64,000 nt of DNA from NCBI RefSeq assembly GCF_963921235.1, contig NC_086097.1, positions 228,162,001-228,226,000 on the forward strand, written 5' to 3'. The translations under genes and the position numbers were made by a program. The notes under the pieces are model-generated. The model was given only the letters and a program-made list of their open reading frames with translations, was not told the DNA's origin and searched no databases. Position 1 is the first letter of the stretch; every line of letters begins with the position of its first letter. This document shows, piece after piece, positions 14,214-26,500 of this stretch. Source of the DNA: Mobula hypostoma. Its lineage: Eukaryota.

Positions 14214-17200
14214 AAACATAGAAACATAGAAACATAGAAAATAGGTGCAGGAGTAGGCCATTCGGCCCTTCGAGCCTGCACCGCCATTTATTATGATCAT
14301 GGCTGATCATCCAACTCAGAACCCAGCCTTCCCTCCATACCCCCTGACCCCTGTAGCCACAAGGGCCATATCTAACTTCCTTTTAAACATAGCTAATGAA
14401 CTGGCCTCAACAGTTTGCTGTGGCAGAGAATTCCACAGATTCACCACTCTCTGTGTGAAGAAGTTTTTCCTAACCTCGGTCCTAAAAGGCTTCCCCTCTA
14501 TCCTCAAACTGTGACCCCTCGTTCTAGACCTCCCCAACATCGGGAACAATCTTCCCGCATCTAGCCTGTCCAATCCCTTTAGGATCTTATACGTTTCAAT
14601 CAGATCCCCCCTCAATCTTCTAAATTCCAACGAGTACAAGCCCAGTTCATCCAGTCTTTCTTCATATGAAAGACCTGCCATCCCAGGAATCAATCTGGTG
14701 AACCTTCTTTGTACTCCCTCTATGGCAAAGATGTCTTTCCTCAGATTAGGGGACCAAAACTGCACACAATACTCCAGGTGTGGTCTCACCAAGGCCTTGT
14801 ACAACTGCAGTAGTACCTCCCTGCTCCTGTCCTCGAATCCTCTCGCTATAAATGCCAGCATACCGTTCGCCTTTTTCACCGCCTGCTGGACCTGCATGCC
14901 CACTTTCAATGACTGGTGTATAATGACACCCAGGTCTCGTTGCACCTCCCCTTTTCCTAATCGGCCACCATTCAGATAATAATCTGTTTTCCTATTTTTG
15001 CCACCAAAGTGGATAACTTCACATTTATCCACATTAAATTGCATCTGCCATGAGTTTGCCCACTCACCCAACCTATCCAAGTCACCCTGCATCCTCTTAG
15101 CATCCTCCTCACTGCTAACACTGCCACCCAGCTTCGTGTCATCCGCAAACTTGGAGATGCTGCATTTAATTCCCTCATCCAAGTCATTAATATATATTGT
15201 AAACAACTGGGGTCCCAGCACTGAGCCTTGCGGTACCCCACTAGTCACCGCCTGCCATTCTGAAAAGGTCCCGTTTATTCCCACTCTTTGCTTCCTGTCT
15301 GCTAACCAATTCTCCACCCACACCAATACCTTACCCCCAATACCGTGTGCTTTAAGTTTGCACACTAATCTCCTGTGTGGGACCTTGTCAAAAGCCTTTT
15401 GAAAATCCAAATATACCACATCCACTGGTTCTCCCCTATCCACTCTACTAGTTACATCCTCAAAAAATTCTATGAGATTTGTCAGACATGATTTTCCTTT
15501 CACAAATCCATGCTGACTTTGTCCGATCATTTCACCGCTTTCCAAATGTGCTGTTATCACATCCTTGATAACTGACTCCAGCAGTTTCCCCACCACTGAC
15601 GTTAGGCTAACCGGCCTATAATTCCCCGGTTTCTCTCTCCCTCCTTTTTTAAAAAGTGGGGTTACATTAGCCACCCTCCAATCCTCAGGAACTAGTCCAG
15701 AATCTAACGAGTTTTGAAAAATCATCACTAATGCATCCACTATTTCTTGGGCCACTTCCTTAAGCACTCTGGGATGCAGACCATCTGGCCCTGGGGATTT
15801 ATCTGCCTTCAATCCCTTCAATTTACCTAACACCACTTCCCTACTAACATGTATTTCGCTCAGTTCCTCCATCTCACTGGACCCTCTGTCCCTTACTATT
15901 TCTGGAAGATTATTTATGTCCTCCTTAGTGAAGACAGAACCAAAGTAATTATTCAATTGGTCTGCCATGTCCTTGCTCCCCATAATCAATTCACCTGTTT
16001 CTGTTTGCAGGGGACCTACATTTGTCTTTATCAGTCTTTTCCTTTTTACATATCTATAAAAGCTTTTACAGTCCGTTTTTATGTTCTCTGCCAGTTTTCT
16101 CTCATAATCTTTTTTCCCCTTCCTAATTAAGCCCTTTGTCCTCCTCTGCTGAACTCTGAATTTCTCCCAGTCCTCAGGTGAGCCACTTTCTCTGGCTAAT
16201 TTGTATGCTACTTCTTTGGAATTGATACTATCCCTAATTTCTCTTGTCAGCCACGGGTGCACTACCTTCCTTGATTTATTCTTTTGCCAAACTGGGATGA
16301 ACAATTGTTGTAGTTCATCCATGCAACCTTTAAATGCCTGCCATTGCATATCCACCGTCAATCCTTTAAGTGTCATTTGCCAGTCTATCTTAGCTAATTC
16401 ACGTCTCATACCTTCAAAGTTACCCCTCTTTAAGTTCAGAACCTTTGTTTCTGAATTAACTACGTCACTCTCCATGTTAATGAAGAATTCCACCATATTA
16501 TGGTCACTCTTACCCAAGGGGCCTCTCACGACAAGATCGCTAATTAACCCTTCCTCATTGCTCAAAACCCAGTCCAGAATAGCCTGCACTCTAGTCGGTT
16601 CCTCGACATGTTGGTTCAAAAAACCATCCCGCATACATTCCAAGAAATCCTCTTCCTCAGCACCTTTACCAATTTGGTTCACCCAGTCTACATGTAGATT
16701 GAAGTCACCCATTATAACTGCTGTTCCTTTATTGCACACATTTCTAATTTCCTGTTTAATACCATCTCCGACCTCACTACTACTGTTGGGGTGGCCTGTA
16801 CACAACTCCCACCAGCGTCTTCTGCCCCTTAGTGTTACGCAGCTCTACCCATATCGATTCCACATCTTCCCGGCTTATGTCCTTCCTTTCTATTGCGTTA
16901 ATCTCTTTTTTAACCAGCAACGCCACCCCACCTCCCCTTCCTTCATGTCTATCCCTCCTGAATATTGAATATCCCTGAACGTTGAGCTCCCATCCCTGGT
17001 CACCCTGGAGCCATGTCTCCGTGATCCCAACTATATCATAATCATTAATAACAATCTGCACTTTCAATTCATCCACCTTATTACGAATGCTCCTTGCATT
17101 GACACATAAAGCCTTCAGGCGCTCTTTTACAACTCTCTTAGCCCTTTTTAATGCTTGCCCTGGATTTGTCGGCCTGCCACTTTTACTTTTCCCCTTTGTA

Positions 17201-18452
17201 CTTTTTGCTTCTACGCTCACTTTACACCCCTCTGTCTCTCTGCACTGGTTCCCATCCCTCTGTTGTGAACTAACCTCCTCACACCTAGCCGCTTTAATTT
17301 GATTCCCACCCCCCAACCATTCTAGTTTAAAGTCACCTCAGTAGCCCCCGCTAATCTCCCTGCCAGGATATTGGTCCCCCTAGGTTTTAAGTGTAACCCG
17401 TCCTTTTTGTACAGGTCACACCTGCGCCAAAAGAGGTCCCAATGATCCAAAAACTTGAATCCCTGCCCCCTGCTCCAATCCCTCAGCCACGCATTTATCC
17501 TCCACCTCATCGCATTCCTACTCTCACTGTCGCGTGGCACAGGCAGTAATCCCGAGATTACTACCTTTGCGGTTCTTTTTCTCAACTCCCTTCCTAGCTC
17601 CCTATATTCTTCTTTCAGGACCTCATCCCTTTTCCTACCTATGTCATTGGTACCTATATGTACCAGGACCTCTGGCTCTTCACCCTCCCACTTCAGGATA
17701 TCTTGGACACGATCAGAAATATCCCGGACCCTGGCACCAGGGAGGCAAACTACCATCCGAGTCTCTGGACTGCGTCCACAGAATCGCCTATCTGACCCCC
17801 TTACTATCGAGTCCCCTATCACAACTGCCCTCCTCTTCCTTGCCCTACCCTTCTGAGCTACAGGGCCAGACTCTGTGCCGGAGGCAGGGCCACTGTCGCT
17901 TCCCCCGGGTAAGCTGTCCCCCCCAACAGTACTCAAACAGGAGTACCTGTTGTTAAGGGGCACAGCCGCCGGGGTACTCCCCATCACCTGCCTTTTCCCC
18001 TTTCCCCCTCCTAACCGTGACCCACTTGTCTGCCTCCCGTGGCCCCGGCGTGACCACCTGCCTTCCACTCCTCTCTATCACCTCCTCGCTCTCCCTGACC
18101 AGACGAAGGTCATCGAGCTGCAGCTCCAGTTCCGTAACGCGGTCCCTTAGGAGCTGCATCTTGATGCACTTGGCGCAGATGTAGACGTCCGGGAGGCTTG
18201 GAGACTCCAGGGCCTCCCACATCCGACACCGAGAACAGCAAACTGCCCTCACAGTCATAATGCCCCTCTCCTCAAATAGCAACAGAAAATGAATGTCAAA
18301 CCTTCCTCGCCTCGCCCGCTTCTGCCTAAGCCCGGTGAGCCGAAGCCCTTAAGTCTTCACTCTGCTCCCGGCTCACTCCGCAGCCCGCAAACTACGCTGC
18401 CCGCTCTCTGAGGCTCTGTTCCTTTTAAATCTGCCGCGCTGCACTGCCCGGC
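14214..18452 (-). mobile_element. Young near-full-length CR1 LINE (ORF1 Cys-rich/SGNH esterase-like; ORF2 APE-RT), one frameshift per ORF
   Basis: ORF1 in 17953-18282 and 17322-18068 (GDSIVRG, HIGTND, DGLHL); ORF2 in 16780-17316 and 14316-16805; (gaaacata)n 3' microsatellite; GC-rich 5' UTR. Confidence 0.97.
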
Positions 18453-18549
18453 GTGCTGAGTTCGGATTATGCCAGTAAAGAACCATAAAACTTAGCTCCC
18501 ATCTCCAGCGTTTTTATTAATAGCATTGTTGTGTAACAACACAGCAAAT

Positions 18550-18560
18550 TGGCGACGAGG
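18550..18560 (+). promoter_or_regulatory. Primer-binding site, probably tRNA-Ser(GCU)
   Basis: tggcgacgagg 3 nt after the LTR end; identical motif at 47408-47418; complementary to the ...CCUCGUCGCCA tRNA end (from memory). Confidence 0.8.
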
Positions 18561-18933
18561 TTAATGAACCTACATTGTATGGGAACGCCGTGTTTTAATT
18601 GATAATGACACTCAGAAGAAGAGCGCAAGGAACGAGCCAAGGAGCGGAAGAAGGAGGCAGAGCGAGGCCGCGAGTCTGAAAGGAAGCGGGAGCACAGCCG
18701 GGGTTGGGAACATCAGGAGACCAAGAGACACAGTCGGAGCCGCAGCACATCCAGCCGAGACCACAGTCGGCGCTGACCCCCAGGGGCTGAGGGTCTGCCT
18801 GCCCCAGAAGGGAGATAAAATGGAGCGACACACGCATCTAGACAGAGTGCACTCGTGGCGCTAGCAAAAAGGACACGTGAGTCAAAAATAATAGAAGAAA
18901 AGGGGAAAACGGGGCTTAATTAACTTAACAAAG

Positions 18934-20127
18934 ATGGCAATGATTGGAACCATCACAGCATTTGATAGGGGCATTGACGACTAGGCAACTTACATTGAAA
19001 GAGTGGAGTGATATTGTGAGGCTAACGGTGTTAAGGATGAAAAGAAAGCCAGCGTCTTACTCAGTATTATGGGAGCAAAAACATATGGGCTGCTACGGAG
19101 CTTGTTAACCCCTGAAAAGCCAACTGACAAAATGTTCAAGCAAATAGTAGACACTCTCCAACAGCATTTAACCCCCAAACCACTGGTCATTGATGAAAGA
19201 TTTAAATTTCACAATCGGAATCAGAGCAAAAATGAAAGCATTTCTGAATATTGTGCTGAATTGTGCAAATTATCAGAACATTGTCAATTTGGAGCTGGTC
19301 TATCAGACACATTGAGGGACAGGTTAGTGTGTAGCATGCACTGTGAAACCACACAGAAGAAGTTTCTGTGTGAAGGAGACCTTACATTCGAGAAAGTGCT
19401 AAACATCGCAGTATCAACAGAAACAGTAGCATGGGGTGCTTCCAAGATACAACAAAAATCTCTGGAATATGCCACAAATAAAATGTCACTGAACAGAAAT
19501 GAAGGAAAGAAATGTTACCGTTGTGGGAACAGGTCACATGACCCTGATGATTGTTTGTTTAAAGACAAAGAATGCAGAAACTGTGGCAAACAGGGCCACA
19601 CTGGCAGAGTATGCAAAGCTAGTAACCAACAGAAAAGGGGCAAAATACAGAGAAACAAGAAACCCCAGAAGGGAAAATACAACAATGTACACAAAATGAA
19701 AGAAGGCAGTTCTGATGAAAACGACTCCGATGAAAGTGAATTATCTTGTCAGCAACTTCACAGCGTGAAAGAGACAGATGATTGAAGAGTAATATGGATG
19801 ACTCCACAAGTGGTGGGCATGAGACTGAAAATGGAGTTGGACACAGGCTCAGCTTTAACAGTAATCTCCGTATACGACTACAAACGACTGTATTCTCACA
19901 TACCTCTGAAACGAACTAAACTACTGCTAAAGACTTACACAGGACAGAAAGTGCGTCCCAAAGGTAAAATTAAAGTGACAGTGACCCACGGGGACAAAAC
20001 ACAGCAGCTGAACCTCCATGTACTGAAAAATGGAGGACCACCGTTGCTGGGACGTGAGTGGCTCAGGAAAATCCAGCTGGATTGGCACACCATCAAGGCA
20101 CTAGTTGTGTCCACAAAGGAGGGCAGC
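18934..20127 (+). pseudogene. Gypsy gag-protease, single frame with in-frame stops
   Basis: 18934, 19069 and 19798 are in one frame; LRDRLVC, CYRCGNRSHDPDDC, CRNCGKQGHTGRVC, LDTGSA, LLGREW; the TGA at 19783 is CGA in the sister element. Confidence 0.92.
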
Positions 20128-21415
20128 TCGGCGGGGAAAATGTCTGCAGCTCTCCTCTCACCTATTGTCGACTATTACAACAATGAGGAGGAGCTAGACA
20201 GCATCGACAATGAGGACAAATGCAGTATCCATGGCCGCGAACCGAATTAAGATACAGAGGATGCAAGTGAGACGGATATTGCCAATAAGCAGGATGATGA
20301 AGACTACCTGGAAGTAAAAAAAGTAGATGTATCAGGAAAAATTGACATCTCTCAAAAGACAGCTACAGCAATTACAGGAAGGCACCTTGCAGGAGTAGCA
20401 GAAAAGGATGAAGAAACTAGATCAACAATACAAGGAAAGAATACGAAATGCAGAGCTTTTTCTGCAACTGGAGACAGAACAAGTGGGAAGGAAGTATATT
20501 CAAGAGAAGAAAGCAGCAGTGAAAGAATTTGAAGATAAAAAGATTGAGTTAGAAGAAAAGAAAAAGATGACTGAAAATGAGAGGCTAACAATGGAACTCC
20601 CAGGAGGTTCTATGGAGGTAAAGCCAATAATGACTAGGAAACTAGGGAGGAAACCTAATGACCCTGCTCCAATTACAGACAAAAGACAAAAACCTGCACC
20701 TGCACAGTTAAATTACTTGTTAACAGATGAACAGATAATGGAAGATCTGCGAACTCTTAATAAGCTTAAATCTCCAAAAAGACCAGCATCTCCGTCTTCT
20801 CCTGAGCATCTTCCCAGCACTCCCGCTGAAACACCAGCACAAAAATATGAAGCAGGAATAGAAGATGGAAAGTTATATTATGATAAGAGTTGGTATCATA
20901 AAGGTCAGGCTATCTATTTGGAATCTAAGGAGAATACGAAGATTGGCTGTGTAATTAGCTCAGTTGGAACAAATGAGATATGGTTAAGGAAGAAAAGTGA
21001 TAGCACAAAGATGTGTATATACCTAGGACAGCTGCACAAAGAAGTCTTCATTATACGGAGGCGATCTACTGCCCAGAACTCTTAGCAAGTTGGAGGCGCA
21101 CATCTTCTTAACTCCCTATACTCAGAGGTGAACTTTTCATGACTTTTATATGGAAATCTGTATGAAAACAAACAAGTTTATTGACAGACTGAAGAACACA
21201 CTATTTGAAGACACTTTCCAATGCCATCTCAGTTTTGATGATTATACATGTTTTTAAGAATAATAGTCACCTTTACACGGATTTCACTTTGCTTTCACCA
21301 TCTTTGCAAGATGGAGGTAACTACTTTTTATGGCTGGAATCTGCCAATTTGTGGATTGTTCAATTTATTCCAGACAATAGAGTGAAGACCTATTTGCTTT
21401 AGTGCCGGACAATCT
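20128..21415 (+). pseudogene. SUDS3: Processed (intronless) SUDS3 retrocopy: 12 nt 5' UTR, CDS 20140-21085 with disablements, ~330 nt 3' UTR
   Basis: [131 protein letters not shown] matches vertebrate SDS3; stops at 20248 and 20396, frameshift in the A-run near 20315-20325. Confidence 0.95.
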
Positions 21416-21647
21416 AGAGAAGACCCCCCCCCCGCAGAGACTTGAGTTATAAATTGGTCTTAGACCAAAAGTTTAAAAAAAGGCTTGTTATAATTCGATA
21501 TTATTACGTTACTTTGTTATAATTTGATAATATTAAGTTGCTAAGTAAACAAATGGTAGGCGTTTGTATGTTAAGAGTAAACATATTTGTTTAGCATAAT
21601 GTCCCAGTAAAAAAAATAGTTGATACACTATTAAAATAAAAGGGGAG

Positions 21648-21844
21648 TGTATCATATGGCCTACATTATAATAAGGGATACTTTACGTTTTAGTAACATG
21701 TTGTTGCATGCGCTGTTAGGTGCGTATTGATCTGTACGTGTGTGCTGAGTTTGGATTATGCCAGTAAAGAACCATGAAACTTAGCTCCCTTCGCCAGCAT
21801 TTTTATTAATAGCATTGTTGTGTAACCAGGCCACATACACAACA
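21648..21844 (+). repeat. 3' LTR (~197 bp) of the SUDS3-carrying element
   Basis: Starts TGT after the purine tract, ends ACA; its 3' half matches 18453-18546 and the LTRs at 47199 and 57069. Confidence 0.93.
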
Positions 21845-22816
21845 GAGGGCTATGGTTCCAGTGCAGGCCAATGGGAGCAGCCAGATAAAAATGGTTTTGG
21901 CATGGTCCACATGTTCAATGCTTGTACTTCTCTATGACTCTTGGACTCTAAGATGTTCCTCACCCCCTTCTCCTCCTCCTCCCCCCCCCCCACCCCTGCT
22001 ATTTGGAGGACTGAAATGGGAAGAAATCCTTCAGGCTGCTGAGTCTCCAAAGGAGGTGTGTGTGGACCTGGTGGTTGTCTTCATTCTAAACAGATTGACA
22101 TATTTCTCAGTGTTAAAGGAATCTCAGGATTTGGGGATGCATCAGGAAAGTTGATCAGGATCACTAAATTAGAAGATCATCAATTATTTTGGTGAAAATG
22201 AAAGTAGGGTTTTTCAGAGAAAGGTCACTGTTTTGTTATCGTGGAGATAATTAACTACCAGTTGCAGATCAAATACCAGAGGACGATTTCCTAAAGTACA
22301 CTTCATTAATAATGTTCTTGGTGTTTTCTCAGAATGCTATAGTTATTAAATTTAAAGTAACATCTGTAACACAAGCTGTTTCTGTGTTATCGTCAGATAT
22401 CAGACTTTTCTGCCAGTCTGATAAATTTTATAGAAGTGATGGTTAATGGATTTAGGTTTGTAAAGTCATGGAGCACTAGAGCAGAGTAACAGGTCCTTTG
22501 GCACATCTAGTCCATGCTGAATTGTTATTCTGCTTTGTCCCACCGACCTGGACCTGGTCCTGGATCTGGACCATAGCTCTCCATAAACTTCCCATCCATG
22601 TGCCTATTTAAATTTCTCTTAAATGTTGCAGTCGACTTGGCATCCACCACTAATGGTGACAGCCTGTTGCCTGAATTATCGTTCTGGGAAACATGAAATT
22701 TCTAATTTTGTATCTCCATTTCAGGAATGTGAGCCTGTTGTTTACTCTGCGTCAGCTCTGATCGTGTATTTACTGCACTTGACTTCCAGGTACTGCTATG
22801 TGGAAACCCGTCAGCA

Positions 22817-22967
22817 ATGACTGATGTTGAAACCTCGTATGCAGACTTCATTGCTTCAGGACGGACAGGCCGGAGAAATGCACTTCATGACATCCTGGGT
22901 TCTCCATCAGGTGTAAACACGAGTGATTTAAGCCTTAAATTAGCAGAACTGAACATTGACAAAAAAG
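22817..22967 (+). CDS. PKIA: cAMP-dependent protein kinase inhibitor alpha, coding exon 1 (exon starts 22790)
   Basis: [53 protein letters not shown] pseudosubstrate GRTGRRNA and [13 protein letters not shown]; acceptor ttccag at 22789, donor gtgagg at 22968. Confidence 0.96.
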
Positions 22968-23059
22968 GTGAGGATTATTCATAATGTCAGCTCTTTTAAC
23001 TGTCGGTGCACTTGGCAAATCATCTCTGAGCATTTTTTTGCGTCCATATCTAAGGAAAG

Positions 23060-23540
23060 ATGTGTTGGCCCTGGAGAACGTCTGCAAGAGCCTCACAAGA
23101 ATGATTCTGGGAACAAACGGCTTGATATATGTGTAGCATTTGATGTCTCTGGGCATGTAATCGACGGAGTTCAGAAGCATGAGGAGGTGGGAGGGGATCT
23201 TATTCAAGCATACTGGACACAGAAAGGCCTTGATAAAGTAGATATGGAAAGGATGTTTTTATTCGTAGGGCAGTCTGAGATCCAAGGGCACAGCCTCAAA
23301 ATAAACGAATGTCTGCTTAGAACTGAGATGGAGAATTTCTTTGGCCAGAGTATGGCGAAACTGTGAAATTCATTGCTACTGATAGCTATGGGTGTCAAGT
23401 CATTGGGTGTTTTTAAAGCAGAGATTAATAGATCCTTAATTGGTAAGGGGATTAAGGGTTATGGGAAGGAGATAAGAGAATGGGGCTGTGGGGAAATCTA
23501 TAATTGAATGGCAGAATAGACTCAATGGGCTGAACCCCCT
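23060..23540 (+). mobile_element. Degenerate CR1 3' fragment in the PKIA intron
   Basis: Decayed GDLIQAY..GLDKVDMERMF..GHSLKI and CR1 tail. Confidence 0.7.
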
Positions 23541-26500
23541 AATCCTGCTCCTGTTGTATTTCTCAGTTTTCGTGTGGGTACCTGCAAGGAATTGAACCTC
23601 AAGGTTATATACGTTATACATTCTTTGGTAATAAATTTACTTTGAACCTTGAACTTTATATCTCACATTCTTATGGTTATACTATAACCTTTCTTAATTT
23701 TTTTTCATCGCTAGGCTGTAACCAGTGTTTAACATTGTAAATCTGTCAAGGGGTTCAGATGATCTATCACTAGTTATTCTCATACAAGGTACTGATCATT
23801 AATACTGATCATACCAATGTGTAACACTGGAGTATTCTAGGGGACAGTGAAGGTTTTTTACATTGGGTATAGATCTATGGCCTGACTGGATATGGGATAT
23901 TTTTGATATACATTTTGTGTCTCCCATCTCCAGCTCCCTTTGAGTAATGATGAAGATCTGCATTTGTACATTGTATAACACAAATATGTAAAAGGACCGA
24001 ACGAGTGTGAAAATCAACACATACAGGTCCTTGCGGCCAGTAGGAAGTGGGGGATCTTAATACCATCATTCTTTGTTGAATTTGAACGCAAGCGTGAAAG
24101 GATGTTGCTTGTTCAAAGAAAAAGATGTAAGAAAACAACCTCAATACTCTCCCAATGGCAGAAAGTTGGGCCATGAGGGAGCAGCAAACTTTGAAGGTAC
24201 ATGTAGAGTGATCACTGTAAACTGATGGAGAAGTTCAGAATATAATTAAGACTCCAGAAACATTTGGTCTTTAAATTAGGGTTTGTTAAATAAAGAGGCT
24301 AGAAGTTAAATGCTATATTTAGATGAACTTCTGGTTTGATCTTCCTTCTAATATTTACTTCAATGATGATCTCTTAAGAAGAAGCATGATTTTCTTCTAT
24401 TCTAGTTAAGTTGATTTTGACATGGATCATAGTACAAAAGCATGGATGCCTGTTGTCATGCATAGAGATCCTTCATTTCTTTTGTGTCCTGCTTCACCCT
24501 CCTTCTAGTCCCCCTCCTCTCCCCATTCTCTCTTTCCTGCTTAGCCTCTTTGTTCCATGCTTAGACCTCTCTCTTTCCTCCCCTCCATATTCCTCACTCT
24601 TCCCCATTCCTCCCCCTGCCCTCCCTTGTCTTACAATCCTGACAGTATTGTCAGAGCAAACCTCTTTTCGGCAAGTAGTCTGCAATCACTGTTCCCTCTA
24701 ATTTGTAATGATCAGTGTGCTCAAAAGTCTTGTGCTGTGCAATTTTTTGCCCACTGACAGCAACTTGTGTGCACTAAATAATCAATTCAATAAAAAGAAT
24801 ATCAATAAGCCAGTTATAAAATCTGCAGGCAAATCATTGTAAACTCCACGTTGTCAACACTGTCCGCATCAGAAACCGAAAAAGGAAATGTGATTGCGTA
24901 CCATCGTGAAGTATACTTAACATGCCAACAGGATAGAGGGTTACAGTTTAAATTCCTTTGTGTGCACACCTTAGAGCAAACATTGTCTAAAACTTTGTTA
25001 GCCACCGCAAGATGTCTGAAGCTGTTTGAACAAGATGTCTCCTAGTGCTGTCTGAGGCCTATATCTCTCAGGGATCCAAAAAGGTCTCTGAAAACTTTAA
25101 GGCCCACAACCATGCAGTTGATGTTGGGATGGTGCATCAGCTGGTGTGCTGAAGGTTAATTGATGAATCCCACTATCTTCCTTACCAGTCTATGGGGTCA
25201 GATTAACCCAAAAAAAAAACTGTAATCTTATAGAATGGGACAACAGATCTAAAGGCCTTCCTGGTCTGATTTTTTATTGTACGTGATTGCTATAAAAAGT
25301 GATGGTCATTTTGTTTGGTAGCTGCAAAGAAACAGAGGACAATCCATTGAGTTCCTCACTTCAATACTACTGAAAGGTTATTTTTTTCTTACTTCATAAA
25401 TACACTCCAAAATTTCATTAACTGATTGACAAATCTCATAACTTCACTCACCTCAATGCTGAACTTCACTTACATCTTGTTCACATGAATGTCACAACTG
25501 ACGTACTCACTTTCAAGGAGTCTGCAACTCGTTCTCAATGTCATTTAATTATTAGTATTATTTGCACAGTTGGGCTTCTTTTGCAGATTGGTCAGTCTTT
25601 GTGTGTAGTTTTCCATTGATTCTATTATTTCTTTGTTCTATTGTGAATGCCTTCAAGGAAACGAATCTCAGGGTAGTATGCGGTGACATATTATCCATAC
25701 TTTGAAAATAAATTTACCTTGAACTTTGACGCTGATCTGACTTGTAGATAGTGCTTTTGGAGAAGTCAGCCTCTGCAGTTTGAGGAGAACGACGCCTTCC
25801 TCCATCCTAAAGAGGCATCTTTGCCTACAAGAATTCTCCATTTTGTTGCCTCCTTCTGTTCCTGGGCTGCTTCTACTTTAAAGCAAATCAACCTGCGAAT
25901 ATGCATCGAGAGTTGATCAGTGTGTGCCTGAACTTTGCAGGAGGTGGATATGGAAGGAGATGGGGTTAGGAAAAAGTGGGAAATTTCTTAATTAAAGAGA
26001 AGTACTAGTGTTGTAGAAGTCACCTGTAAAATGTAGTGTCATGATGGCATGAATTTCTTCCCCTCCCTTTCCCCCTCCCGTTTTACTGTAATGTGATTAG
26101 GGACTGACCAGAATGGGTGAAAATCTATTTCCTAGACTAAATCCTTTCAGCAGTGTTTGAAAAGATTTACTGCTAACTGGTGGATTCTAGGCTAAAAGAG
26201 TACAAGCTGAGGGATAAACTGAACTTTGGTGCAGCCACTGAAGGGCTCAGTTGGGAACATAAGAGCACAAGAAATAGGAGCAGGAGTCGGCCATCTGGCC
26301 TGTCGAGCCTGCTCCGCCATTCAATAAGATCATGGCTGATCTGGCCATGGACTCATCTCCACCTACCCACCTTTTCCCTACAACCCTTAATTCCCCTACT
26401 ATGCAAAAGGAAAACAGTATTGGGTTCTTCTGCTACTGGACAGGGAGGTGAAAAAGACACTTAATCATTGTAGTAGGGTACCCCTTCAGGGGGCCACAAG

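Larger units (their letters stand above)
18453..21844 (+). mobile_element. Gypsy/Ty3 (Mag-like) LTR retroelement, non-autonomous, carrying a transduced SUDS3 cDNA
   Basis: Partial 5' LTR 18453-18546, PBS 18550-18560, gag from ATG 18934 with two CCHC knuckles, protease LDTGSA, PPT 21633-21647, 3' LTR TG..CA 21648-21844; RT/RH/IN absent. Confidence 0.95.

Noticed and set aside
16201..17956. Long plus-strand ORFs (255, 133, 140 aa) and similar ones at 48425, 59102 and 60578
   Set aside because: Antisense shadows of CR1 coding sequence
20140..21085. SUDS3 as a functional host gene
   Set aside because: No introns, two stops, a frameshift and embedding between LTRs; it is a retrocopy
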